Shown in pieces: positions 49,501-57,712 of a stretch of DNA of 64,000 bases (positions are counted from its first letter, which is position 1; each line of letters begins with the position of its first letter). The notes beneath the pieces were generated by a model. The model was not told where the DNA came from, searched no databases, and was given only the letters and a program-made list of their open reading frames with translations. The position numbers and the translations under genes are program-made. Source of the DNA: an uncultured Planctomycetia bacterium (GTDB lineage: Bacteria; Omnitrophota; Gorgyraeia; 1-14-0-20-64-10); assembly GCA_964597545.1 (NCBI GenBank), contig CAZQXN010000003.1, positions 691 through 64,690 of the forward strand, read 5' to 3'.

Positions 49501-50968
49501 TGCCGTGAAAGCCGGGTTCCGGCTCAGCTCCTCCTTCTTCGAACGCCACGGATAGCGTCAGGTGCTCGGCCACTTCATGCAGCGTTACCCAAACCAGCCG
49601 TTCATCCCGGCGGAAAAGGTTAATGGCTGTCATCAGAACATCGACCTGCCCCGCAATGTCCTCGGAAAGCGCAAGGGCTGGGAGGGAAAAAGTGTGCTGC
49701 GTCCCTTGGCCCACGGTGCTGCTCACCCCTTCAAAGTCTCCCCCTGCCCCATGGACAATAGAGCGGATTATCCCCATCCCCCTGCCATGCCCACGAGCTT
49801 TTTCGCCGTCCTTGGTGGTAAAGGGCACCCCAGCCAGCAACCGCTGCAGGGTCTCCGGCTCCATGCCGCCGGCCTCATCAGAAACCTCCAAGCGAACGCT
49901 CCCCTCCTCGCCCCTGCTGAAAACAGCCCGAAAGGGGTTGCCTTTTCTTCCGTTTTCCTTCGCCGCGCGTGCGGCATTGTGGGCAAGGTTGTTGAGGACC
50001 TCATAGAGGCGGACCGGATCGATCCAAACATCAGGGGTATCTGGAGCTGCCAAGCACTCCACTTGAAGAGGCTGGCTGGATGGGGATGATTGAAGAATCG
50101 CTTCCATCTCCCCGGCAAACTGAACCAGGTCCACCCGCCTCGGTGTGCCCACCGGATCAAATCGGCCCCGCCGGTCAACAAAGTTGCGATGCAGCTGCTG
50201 AATCACGACATGGTGGATAACAAAATTCCGCGCCAACTGTCCCACCGGATGTGACAAGCCGGCGATGCGCACCTGATGGGTACGATGGATATGCCCCATG
50301 ACGAGAATGGCTCGGTCACTCAGCTCTTCCACCATCCGGCCAACTCGATGCTCTGTTTCGACGAGGCGCCGGCCAAGCTCATCGGCGCCCAAGCCTGCCA
50401 TGCCGTTTTCGATAGGCCAGGGTCTCGTCAAATTGCCCCACTCCTGCATATCGTCCACGAGCCTATCGTAAATAACGGTGTATCGCCGCATCGCCTCCCA
50501 GTTATCCATCTCCCGGATCTGTTCGGTTAAAGCAGCCCGAACCCCTGCAATTCTATTCAATTCGTTGCCCATGTCATGCAGAAGGTTGTCCAGTTGATCC
50601 ATATAGACCCAAACCGCCTGCTCGTCCCAGGTCTGCCCATCTGCCGAAACAGGACGATCGGCCGCCGCCTCATCTTGACTCGATGCCTCCTCCAATCCGA
50701 CCTGGAGCAGCTTGTGCAGTTCGCCCACAGCGGTATCTTCCTGGGGTTCGCGCAGGGTCCCTCGATCAAGCTGAGGATAGGCTCCGGCCGGGCTAGGCAA
50801 CCCAAGGCTCAGCGCCAACAAAAGGGCCAAGCATCTGGGCAAAAAAAGGCGTTTGAGTGTCAGATGGAGGCAGGCTCCGCCGTTCCTATTCATATAAGTA
50901 AGTTTACCTGATGGAAGGAGATATCGCCAAGGGTATAATTGGCTTTGTATTGCTACTAATTCAGCCAA
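46568..50968 (-). CDS. very large multidomain protein (1466 aa): signal peptide, possible degenerate metallophosphoesterase-like region, GHKL/HATPase_c domain, protein-L-isoaspartate O-methyltransferase (PCMT)-like domain, ~600-aa C-terminal region of unknown function
   Basis: HATPase: N-box LNNLAHNAARAA, G1 SDEAGGM, G2 GHGRGMG. PCMT: RGHFVPG...PSLIAWMV...ILVVGAGPGYSSAIL...NVEVRRSDPE...FDAVIAFAATP...GGRLVLPWG. GHIHRTH resembles the metallophosphatase GHxH motif. Confidence 0.65.
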   Translation of the reverse strand: MAELVAIQSQLYPWRYLLPSGKLTYMNRNGGACLHLTLKRLFLPRCLALLLALSLGLPSPAGAYPQLDRGTLREPQEDTAVGELHKLLQVGLEEASSQDEAAADRPVSADGQTWDEQAVWVYMDQLDNLLHDMGNELNRIAGVRAALTEQIREMDNWEAMRRYTVIYDRLVDDMQEWGNLTRPWPIENGMAGLGADELGRRLVETEHRVGRMVEELSDRAILVMGHIHRTHQVRIAGLSHPVGQLARNFVIHHVVIQQLHRNFVDRRGRFDPVGTPRRVDLVQFAGEMEAILQSSPSSQPLQVECLAAPDTPDVWIDPVRLYEVLNNLAHNAARAAKENGRKGNPFRAVFSRGEEGSVRLEVSDEAGGMEPETLQRLLAGVPFTTKDGEKARGHGRGMGIIRSIVHGAGGDFEGVSSTVGQGTQHTFSLPALALSEDIAGQVDVLMTAINLFRRDERLVWVTLHEVAEHLTLSVAFEEGGAEPEPGFHGSVIMNAHDQWKPFRNSRFLWVKVSGVGIRPEGIVLYDGSAAAAENELAQRKIKNFLLREGETPLFEAGPTTSGPSAEPKAGLEEGRPTLEDHFIDLLQRAMKRDRAPELPPALEQAFRQVDRGHFVPGQSFRDSFGSDYGIKGPVTLPSLIAWMVYQAVPPQLYGEGTGSLAQDRPLRILVVGAGPGYSSAILSRYLELLRPNWDNRVIALEVDPEIAQDAARKLADFGNVEVRRSDPEILGLPDEGLFDAVIAFAATPNLEARDALGRQLAIGGRLVLPWGSGRHATLEAYQREESGFPIVASHWNVRFVELVLPSDLKMHGTGLEENAVDFSLHGPVEEDRFQELIDGVIDQSKAITEGQFDLETIPLGLGFGIDEADPVPRLLRELHASSFPREGGRVFYRYQGDDTSLRGLIFVWVRYQIEGDATEKDAFAVSVPETFTPTAMSKFVTRGIPMPAGEAANLRFNRGDRSYQMPTQVSAYPFVEARFVAPEVPFATEEQTNALFVLTALAAIATTPPSDFDRSDDEAPEPDLPREDASVDSGRGEVATADRTGLEEQALSPEEQRIEDRIAAVDFFARELTVTWFKTAGTERPPFEQFARTLFGSGEKLSLQLERASLRFRDLSYLYWDVNAPPQPPIVTPQQVFLFNLIPFLGAVLSVQHLTVQTITDRTILELARQQGSMRIAAAATDQRIPLARLYDEQQLLALIRRYREVMGLNDLRVRNPLGRDCRLSNGAGITVLRRVLQEGETETIQLYSEQPEGYASGLMVRKDAGTPTPLGGYGDFSEMTGPETFFVVRANGEMAFVENTAALPMDLSYSVVRHFPEITADDLLGPEQAGQEERVRDELQELPRADTGAIHLIGPGLGQHPGLKALAGLEEGVMVAEPDIDQTLVRLIGQGVRTVFVYGFKEWTARFKVQAKKALVTVADTYVAGQAAFAQVLQKLLSNMSGLLPKTVAERVNLERLAGWLEELA

Positions 50969-51252
50969 TTTCCCTCTTTCTTCAACAGCCGGCGCTTGCG
51001 CGCCGGCCCCCCGGGGGCAGAATAGCCCCCCAGGTCGCCTGAGGAGGAGATGACCCGGTGGCAGGGGATCTTAGGTGCCCATTGGTTTCGCTTTAAGGCC
51101 TGCCCTACTGCCCGGGCTGCCTTCGGGCGGCCAATGGCTCGGGCGATCTGTCCGTAGGTGCGAACCTGGCCCTTGGGGATTTTCAAGACCGCCTCATACA
51201 CCTTGCGCTCAAACGGAGTCACTGACACTCGCCAATCGCGCAGCCGGCTCAT
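50956..51252 (-). CDS. ogt: methylated-DNA--protein-cysteine methyltransferase (MGMT/Ogt DNA-binding catalytic domain only, 98 aa)
   Basis: VPKGQVRTYGQIA...PCHRVI active-site motif. Confidence 0.8.
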   Translation of the reverse strand: MSRLRDWRVSVTPFERKVYEAVLKIPKGQVRTYGQIARAIGRPKAARAVGQALKRNQWAPKIPCHRVISSSGDLGGYSAPGGPARKRRLLKKEGNWLN

Positions 51253-52682
51253 CCTCTGGCAGGGCTCCTCAGCCTCTGGTGGACTCTCTGGGCGAGCACC
51301 GGCGAGATCCCCCGCACCTGGGTGAGGGTTTCCGGGGAGGCGCGGCGCATCGTCTCAACCGATCCAAAACGGACCAGCAGATCCTGTTTCTTCCTGGGAC
51401 CCAATCCAGGAATCTGATCCAAGGCTGAAGTCAAGGCATGCTTGCCCCTTAAGAGCCGGTGGTAGCCGATCGCAAAGCGGTGGGCTTCGTCGCGGATCCG
51501 CTGCATCAACTGAAGGGCGCGGGAGCTGGGGGGCAAGACAATGGGCTCTCTCTGCCCTGGGAGGAAGAGCTGTTCAAACTCCTTGGCAATGCCCACTGCC
51601 GGGAGTTGGAGCCCCCGGCCTTTGAGGACTTGCACCGCACAGCTTAAATGTCCCCTGCCCCCATCGATGACCACCAGGTCGGGTAACACAACGGTACCAG
51701 GTACCTTCGGTGCCTGGTACCTGGTTTTGGGGGCAAAGCGGCGCTCAACAATCTCCTGCATCATGGCATAGTCATCGATTCCGGAGACTGCTTTGATCTT
51801 GAAGCGCTTGTAGCCGTCCTTGTGGGGCTTGCCGTCGACAAAGGTGACCATGGAACCGACCGCCTCCCGGCCGAAGATGTTGGAGACGTCAAACCCTTCG
51901 ATCCTGCGCGGCAGCTTCTTCAACCGCAGCACCGACGCCAAATCTTCCAGCGCTTCAGAGGGAACCAGCCGCCGGGGCCGCACGGTCAGTTGAATGAGTC
52001 CTGCCACCTGGTCCCGGAAGCGGGCCGCATCCTCATACCGGCGCGCCTTGGAGGCTGAGAGCATCTTGCCCCTAAGCTCGTCGAGCACCTCCTCTTTCTT
52101 GCCCTCCATCAAACGAAAGACCTGGGCAAGCGCTTCTTCATAATCGGCCTGAGAGATCTTCTCCTCGCAAGGGGCAGAACAGAGCTTCAAGTGATAATCC
52201 AGGCAGGCCCGCTTGGGCAGTGTCCGACATGTTCTAAAGGGAATAATCCTGCGGATGGCCCGGAAGGCTTGGTGAAGCAGGGTGGCCTGGGTAAAGGGAC
52301 CCACGGCCCGAACTCCTGCCTCACTGGGGCCCCGCCCGACAAAGAGACGCGGAAAGGCCTCCTCTGCGGTGATCTTTAGATACGGATAGGATTTGTCGTC
52401 TTTGAGGGAGATGTTGTATTTAGGCTTATGCTCTTTGATGAGGGCATTCTCAATTAAGAGGGCCTCGGCCTCAGAGCCGGTGACAATCCACTCGAGATCC
52501 TCGGCATCCCGCACGAGCCGCATCTGCTTTTCGGCTTGGGGGCGTCCGGAATGAAAATAGGTTAAGATCCGCTTCTTTAAGGAGCGAGCCTTACCCACAT
52601 AGAGAATGACACCGGCGCGGTCCTTGAACAGATAGACGCCGGATTGATCGGGAAGTTGTTTTAGCCGCGCCTGAACAGCCAT
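51249..52682 (-). CDS. uvrC: excinuclease ABC subunit C (short form, 477 aa)
   Basis: GIY-YIG GVYLFKDRAGVILYVGKA; UvrBC-binding and RNaseH-like regions (DLVVIDGGRGHL, RIRDEAHRFAI); C-terminal HhH. A GTAC-palindrome copy lies inside the coding sequence. Confidence 0.85.
   Translation of the reverse strand: MAVQARLKQLPDQSGVYLFKDRAGVILYVGKARSLKKRILTYFHSGRPQAEKQMRLVRDAEDLEWIVTGSEAEALLIENALIKEHKPKYNISLKDDKSYPYLKITAEEAFPRLFVGRGPSEAGVRAVGPFTQATLLHQAFRAIRRIIPFRTCRTLPKRACLDYHLKLCSAPCEEKISQADYEEALAQVFRLMEGKKEEVLDELRGKMLSASKARRYEDAARFRDQVAGLIQLTVRPRRLVPSEALEDLASVLRLKKLPRRIEGFDVSNIFGREAVGSMVTFVDGKPHKDGYKRFKIKAVSGIDDYAMMQEIVERRFAPKTRYQAPKVPGTVVLPDLVVIDGGRGHLSCAVQVLKGRGLQLPAVGIAKEFEQLFLPGQREPIVLPPSSRALQLMQRIRDEAHRFAIGYHRLLRGKHALTSALDQIPGLGPRKKQDLLVRFGSVETMRRASPETLTQVRGISPVLAQRVHQRLRSPARG
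51693..51733. repeat. GTAC-palindromic repeat family A, copy 4, inside uvrC coding sequence (ORF unbroken)
   Basis: GGTACCAGGTACCTTCGGTGCCTGGTACC TGGTTTTGGGGG encodes KTRYQAPKVPGT within ...RRFAPKTRYQAPKVPGTVVLPDLVVIDGG. Confidence 0.7.
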
Positions 52683-54253
52683 CGGATGGTACGGCGCGAT
52701 TCTTCAATGCCCAGGATCGCCGAAAGACCAAAGAAACCTGCCGTACCGGTTGCAATCGTCAACCCCAGCCATCCCGCTCTTGCCAGGGGCATCGTAGAAC
52801 CGGCTGCGGGTGTCAACCCCCAGATCCACCACACCAAAATCCCCATCCCGGCGCCGGCTGCCATCAGCTTCACGGCCCATCCCCGCATTTGAGCAGGGAG
52901 CGGACCCAGCTTTCCGCGAAGCGCCCGGTAAAGATGCAGTGCATTCCAGGTGGCACTGAGGGAAGTTGCCAGCGCCAAACCGGCCAGCCCCATCACCCGA
53001 ATCAACAGGAGGTTGAGGATAATGTTGAGGCTTAAGGCAATGCCGGCTGCGCGAACCGGTGTCCAGGTGTCTCCAAAGGCATAAAGGGCATTGATCATCA
53101 CCTTGGCGGCACATAGGGAAGACAGCCCCACGGCATACCAGCTCAAGGCGGCCACCGTCATCTGGGTGGAGACCGAGGAGAAGGCCCCGTGTTCGAGCAA
53201 GGTCTGAATGATGGGTTGAGCCATCACCATCAGACCCACAGTCGAAGGCACGGCAACAAAGAGGGTAGAGCGCAGGGTCTCGATGAAGGTACTGCGTACG
53301 GCCGCGGTTTGCTGGGAAGCCACCTGGGCAGAGAAGGCAGGCAGGGAGGCCTGCGCTAAGGAGATGCCGAATAACGCCAGCGGGAGTTGGAGGAAGCGGT
53401 TTGCAAAGTACAGGGCCGCAACACCTCCAGGCCCCACCCAAGCGGCAAAGGAGGCAAAGATGGTGTCCACCAAGACAGAACCTTGATAGACAGCGGCCCC
53501 AGCCATTCGAGGGAGGAGGAGTTTGCGGATTTGGCTGACCGCAGGATGGCGCTCCATGGCAAGCTTGAGCTCAAGGCCGCATCGACGCAAGGCCGGCCGC
53601 TGAATCACAATCTGAAGCACCCCTCCTGCCAGAATCCCAAAGACCAATCCCATCGCATCCTGGCGCCAGAGCAAGATTCCGGTGATCATGCAGACATTGA
53701 GCACGATGGGGCCGAGGCTCGGACGGGCAAAATGCCGAACGCTGTTGAGCAATCCCGTCAAGAAGGCATAGACCCCCACCAGCCCCAAGAAAGGAAAGAG
53801 GATCCGGGTAAGTTTCACGGTCAAGGCCATCAAGGCAGGATCGGTTTCAAAGCCGGGGGCAATGAGGCGCACCGCCCAGGGGGCAACCCAAATTCCGATG
53901 AGGGAGACCGCGGCGGCACCGATTAAGAGCCGCACCCAGACGGCCTGCGCCAAGCGCATCCAGGAATCGTTCCCCTCCCGCTCGCGGATCCGGCTGAAGA
54001 CCGGGACGAAAACGCTGTTGGCAGCTCCTTCGCCGATCAGCACCCGCAAGAGATTGGGAATTCTAAAGGCCACCACAAAGGCCTGTGCAGTCAGGGAGGT
54101 GCCGTACAAGACGGCAATCAGCCAGTCCCGGGCAAAACCCAGAACGCGGCTTGCGGCCGTGGCAACCCCGAGGGTGCCGGCCGCCCTTAAGACTGATCCT
54201 GTTTCTGGTCTGGTTGACAACGGGGGATTCTTTGTGTTACGTTCAGGCACCAT
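52661..54253 (-). CDS. murJ: lipid II flippase MurJ
   Basis: 530 aa, 14-TM MviN family with N-terminal motif ASRVLGFARDWLIAVLYG. Confidence 0.85.
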   Translation of the reverse strand: MVPERNTKNPPLSTRPETGSVLRAAGTLGVATAASRVLGFARDWLIAVLYGTSLTAQAFVVAFRIPNLLRVLIGEGAANSVFVPVFSRIREREGNDSWMRLAQAVWVRLLIGAAAVSLIGIWVAPWAVRLIAPGFETDPALMALTVKLTRILFPFLGLVGVYAFLTGLLNSVRHFARPSLGPIVLNVCMITGILLWRQDAMGLVFGILAGGVLQIVIQRPALRRCGLELKLAMERHPAVSQIRKLLLPRMAGAAVYQGSVLVDTIFASFAAWVGPGGVAALYFANRFLQLPLALFGISLAQASLPAFSAQVASQQTAAVRSTFIETLRSTLFVAVPSTVGLMVMAQPIIQTLLEHGAFSSVSTQMTVAALSWYAVGLSSLCAAKVMINALYAFGDTWTPVRAAGIALSLNIILNLLLIRVMGLAGLALATSLSATWNALHLYRALRGKLGPLPAQMRGWAVKLMAAGAGMGILVWWIWGLTPAAGSTMPLARAGWLGLTIATGTAGFFGLSAILGIEESRRTIRWLFRRG

Positions 54254-54521
54254 GCCAAACGTTCATGCTGCAAAAAAACGGGTACGAGCCGATCGGAAGC
54301 GACACCAGCAGAATCTCAACATCACATCGGAGCTCAAAACCTTGACGCGATCCCTTCAGGCGCTGATCAAGGAGAAGAAGACCGATCACGCTCGCCAGAT
54401 CCTTCAGAAGCTGACCAAGCGACTGGACCAGGCCGCCAGCAAAGGACTCCTCCATCGCAACACCGCTTCCCGGAAGAAGTCCCGCCTGGCTCGCCTACTC
54501 GCCTCCGGCAGCGCTTCCTAG
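54252..54521 (+). CDS. rpsT: 30S ribosomal protein S20
   Basis: MPNVHAAKKRVRADRKRHQQN...ASKGLLHRNTASRKKSRLARLL. Start at the internal ATG of track ORF 53862..54521; divergent from murJ. Confidence 0.85.
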   Translation: MPNVHAAKKRVRADRKRHQQNLNITSELKTLTRSLQALIKEKKTDHARQILQKLTKRLDQAASKGLLHRNTASRKKSRLARLLASGSAS

Positions 54522-54542
54522 TATTCGCTTTCCGCCCTCAGC

Positions 54543-55532
54543 TTACGAGCCCAACCCCATCAGGAGTTGATCTGCCAAAAGCTCCGGTGCGGGGTGGCCG
54601 TATTTGACGTGTGAATCGGCCTCCATGGCATCGGCCAGCGCCTTCTCGAGTTTTGTCACCGGCCAGCGGGCCAACCGGCTTAAGGCCGCCTGTCGAGCCG
54701 GAGACATCCATCGAGCAACAGCCCCACCCTGCCGCGTCTTCCAGGCCATCCGGTAATACCAACCCATTGCGCCAAAGAACTGCTCAATCGAGATCCTGCC
54801 TGCGGCAATTCCCCGGTGCAGCCCGAGCAACGCATCCTCCATCTTGCCGGAGGCGGCGGAATCCAAGATCTCAAAGGCAGTCTCCTGATAGGAGGGGGGG
54901 ATAAGGGCCTCAACATCGCAAGCTTCAATGGGCTCAGCCGAATCCACTAAAAGGGAGAGGCTCTCCAGGGCCAGGCTTAAACTGTTGAGGTCTGCTCCGG
55001 CGCGCGCCGTCAACAGCGCCGCTGCCTGAGGCTTAAGCTGCTTGCCCAGCTGCTGGGCTTGAGTCACCAGCCAATCCTGAAGCGCCCTGCCCTTTAAGGG
55101 GTAGCACTCCATGATTTCAATCCCCTTAGAGCGCAAGGCAGCAGGAGAGAATCCTCCCCGCTTCTCATCTGTCGCATCAGCGCAGATGACCAGAAGGGTC
55201 TTGGGGTTCGGGTGGTTGAGATACCTTTCCAGCCAAGGGAGATGCTTGGGGGTAAGGACCTTAAGCCCCTCCACCACCACCAGGCGCCGCTCGGAACCAA
55301 AGGGGAGGGTCTGCAGTGCCTCGAGAAGGGTTTGCGATTCTTCCTCGGCGGGATTGTGGAAACGGGCAAGGTCCGTCTCTTCAAAACCGTCTGTGACCCA
55401 CTTGGATTTGAGCTGATCGACGGCCTGAAGTTGAAGGAGACGCTCCGGCCCTAAGCAGAGGACAACCGAAGGCCTACCAGTACTCAACGACCCACTCCAC
55501 GACGCGCCGGGAAAAATCCACCACCAGGTCAT
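54543..55532 (-). CDS. holA: DNA polymerase III delta subunit (start uncertain)
   Basis: Conserved lptE-holA gene order. Delta-subunit N-terminal domain pattern (VVLCLGPERLL). Helical C-terminal domain. Confidence 0.6.
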   Translation of the reverse strand: MTWWWIFPGASWSGSLSTGRPSVVLCLGPERLLQLQAVDQLKSKWVTDGFEETDLARFHNPAEEESQTLLEALQTLPFGSERRLVVVEGLKVLTPKHLPWLERYLNHPNPKTLLVICADATDEKRGGFSPAALRSKGIEIMECYPLKGRALQDWLVTQAQQLGKQLKPQAAALLTARAGADLNSLSLALESLSLLVDSAEPIEACDVEALIPPSYQETAFEILDSAASGKMEDALLGLHRGIAAGRISIEQFFGAMGWYYRMAWKTRQGGAVARWMSPARQAALSRLARWPVTKLEKALADAMEADSHVKYGHPAPELLADQLLMGLGS

Positions 55533-56046
55533 TGACCGCTGTCGACTCAGCTACAGCGGCCGAGCCTTGGACAAAGTAAGTGGTGTCGGCGATCAAGGCG
55601 GGCTCTTCCAGCACAAGCTCCCCTTTGGCGTCCCGGAGTGTTAGAGCGGCGACGAGATTGAGGCGATATTCTTCTACCGACTCGTCATTCAGCCGGCGGA
55701 TCGGCTGGCGGTAGAAATCCTTAAGCTCCCCATACAGGATGAGATCCGCCGTGGATCGCTCCGAGGTGACCCGGAGATTGCCGTCAAAGAGGAACCGTTC
55801 GTACAGCCCCTGGGTGACGTCCTCCTCAAGCTTGGGGATATTGCTGATGAAGCCAGTCCATTCGCTGGTTTCTTGGGCAATCGGAATCCGGTTTTGGATC
55901 GGCTCAATGTAGATCACCTGGTACTCGGCAGGAAGGAGCCGGGTCGCAGAGTAGCCGCACCCAGCCAGAGACAGCGCCAAGAACACCGAAACCACACCTG
56001 CGACACGCGTTGATCCAAAGAGGGTTTTCGTCCATCCGGCACTCAT
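55474..56046 (-). CDS. lptE: LPS-assembly lipoprotein LptE-like
   Basis: Lipobox LSLAGC, ~190 aa, located immediately upstream of holA as in the conserved lptE-holA arrangement. Confidence 0.5.
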   Translation of the reverse strand: MSAGWTKTLFGSTRVAGVVSVFLALSLAGCGYSATRLLPAEYQVIYIEPIQNRIPIAQETSEWTGFISNIPKLEEDVTQGLYERFLFDGNLRVTSERSTADLILYGELKDFYRQPIRRLNDESVEEYRLNLVAALTLRDAKGELVLEEPALIADTTYFVQGSAAVAESTAVNDLVVDFSRRVVEWVVEYW

Positions 56047-57026
56047 TCGGCGTCTAGCTCCTGCAGTTTGGAGACGGCCGTGGCCGCATAAGAGGACTCT
56101 GGATATAGGTCCACAATCTCCCGGTAATAAAAGACAGCGGATTTCGGCTTGCCCTGGATCTCATAGAACTGGGCGATCTCGGCAAGCCCTTTGGCTTTAA
56201 TCTCACGCAGCTGCACCAAGCTCTTTTTGGCCTCGGGTACCAAATCGCTGTCTGGGTGGCTCTCAATGAAGCTTTCGAACCATTCCATCGCCTCTTCGGT
56301 CGCTGACTGATCGTAGCTGGCCTTAAGGGAAAGTTGTCTGGCGCAGTAGGCCACCTTGAACTCCGCATCCTCAATCAGGTCAGAGGCGGGATATTCATCC
56401 ACCACCCGCTGAAACGCCCGGTTGGCCTCCTCAAAGCGGTTCTGTTTGAGATAGCACTCGCCCAGGCGAAGCTGAGCCCGCGCTCCAAAAGCACCGTACG
56501 GAGCGTGGTCCACCACATGCTGGTAAATCTCAATGGCGGTGCTCAGCGCCGGAAGTGTGACCGGTCCGATCAGCTCCATGCGCTTTCCGGCAAAGAAGCT
56601 CTCGGCGATCAAGAACTCCCGCTCCACCGCCTCCTTGAACTCAACGCTGAAAGGATAGACCTCTACCACCTGTTTGTAGGCCCTAAAAGCATGGCGGGGT
56701 TTGTTCATCAACTCATAGGAAAGGCCAGCCAGATACTGCGCCTTGGGGGCCAACTCTGAGCGGGGATAGGTGCGGACCAGCCGGATGAATTCCTTGACGG
56801 CGCGGGGATAATCCTGCCCCTCAAAGAAGTCCACCGCCCATTCCATCTGGTGCCCAGGGGTATCTTTCGCCGCATACTTAGGGTTAATCCAGCGGCGGGT
56901 TTGGGGGGTCCAAACCCAATCAGCAGCTGCCTCAACAGCCAGGAAGCTGATTAAAAGTGCGGCAAAGATAACGGGTCTTGGTTTCATGGGGACATTCCGG
57001 TGGATTCTGATCTGTAACGATACCAC
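56043..57026 (-). CDS. TPR-repeat outer membrane assembly lipoprotein BamD-like
   Basis: Signal peptide plus TPR-like repeats; ~320 aa, BamD/YfiO-like. Confidence 0.5.
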   Translation of the reverse strand: MVSLQIRIHRNVPMKPRPVIFAALLISFLAVEAAADWVWTPQTRRWINPKYAAKDTPGHQMEWAVDFFEGQDYPRAVKEFIRLVRTYPRSELAPKAQYLAGLSYELMNKPRHAFRAYKQVVEVYPFSVEFKEAVEREFLIAESFFAGKRMELIGPVTLPALSTAIEIYQHVVDHAPYGAFGARAQLRLGECYLKQNRFEEANRAFQRVVDEYPASDLIEDAEFKVAYCARQLSLKASYDQSATEEAMEWFESFIESHPDSDLVPEAKKSLVQLREIKAKGLAEIAQFYEIQGKPKSAVFYYREIVDLYPESSYAATAVSKLQELDAE

Positions 57027-57088
57027 ACTAAGAATCAGGGTGTAAAGGCTTGGCCCATGTCATCCCCGACTTGATCGGGGATCTCCTT

Positions 57089-57157
57089 CTGGTACCCGGT
57101 ACCGATTTTAGATCTGGTATCTGGTACCAAGTTTAGGTTTGGTAGCTGGTACCGACT
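57089..57157. repeat. GTAC-repeat family A, copy 5 (multiple GGTACC units with GATTTTAG / AAGTTTAGGTTTGG spacers)
   Basis: CTGGTACCCGGTACCGATTTTAGATCTGGTATCTGGTACCAAGTTTAGGTTTGGTAGCTGGTACCGACT immediately 3' of the PilZ stop codon. Confidence 0.75.
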
Positions 57158-57562
57158 CTACGCCGGAGCAGCCCCGGCCCTGGCTACAACCCCCTGGAGG
57201 ACATAATGGGTGATGGCAGAGCGGTCTTCCCCTTGAATCTGGGTGAATTGAAGGCCGCATTCGCAGCTTTTGGCGGGCCATTCCTTGCGAATCCACACCA
57301 CCTGAGCAATGGTTCGAATCGAGCGCTTTAGGCCCGGCAGGGACAGTTCCAGCACCAGCTGCGTTCCCTTAGACAAGAGGGAGGCAGCACTCATCCGGAC
57401 ACCGCCTTGGCTGATATCCTTGAGCCGAGACTCGGCAAAGGGCTCTTCGGGCTTTAAGAGCTCTCGGCTTTGGATTCGGCCGTCGACCTTGAGGCGGGGC
57501 TGGCGTCGGTCGGGAATATGCACACCGGGGATTAGAATGTTTTCGTCCATAGTTACCTGCAA
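57158..57562 (-). CDS. PilZ domain protein (c-di-GMP binding)
   Basis: RRQPR and DISQGGVRM PilZ motifs. Confidence 0.7.
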   Translation of the reverse strand: MQVTMDENILIPGVHIPDRRQPRLKVDGRIQSRELLKPEEPFAESRLKDISQGGVRMSAASLLSKGTQLVLELSLPGLKRSIRTIAQVVWIRKEWPAKSCECGLQFTQIQGEDRSAITHYVLQGVVARAGAAPA

Positions 57563-57599
57563 TTGTATTCATTTTATCACAGGGATGCCGCACCGTGTG

Positions 57600-57700
57600 C
57601 CGATTTTTGGGTTCTGGTACCAGGTACCGATTTCTGCTTCTGGTACCGGGTACACTCGCTGTTAAAAATTGTACCTGGTACCGATGTTAGGTGTTGTTTT
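57600..57700. repeat. GTAC-repeat family A, copy 6
   Basis: GATTTTTGGGTTCTGGTACCAGGTACCGATTTCTGCTTCTGGTACCGGGTACA...TGTACCTGGTACCGATGTTAGGTGTTG, ending ~13 nt before the comEC stop. Confidence 0.75.
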
Positions 57701-57712
57701 TGTGCGACAGCG

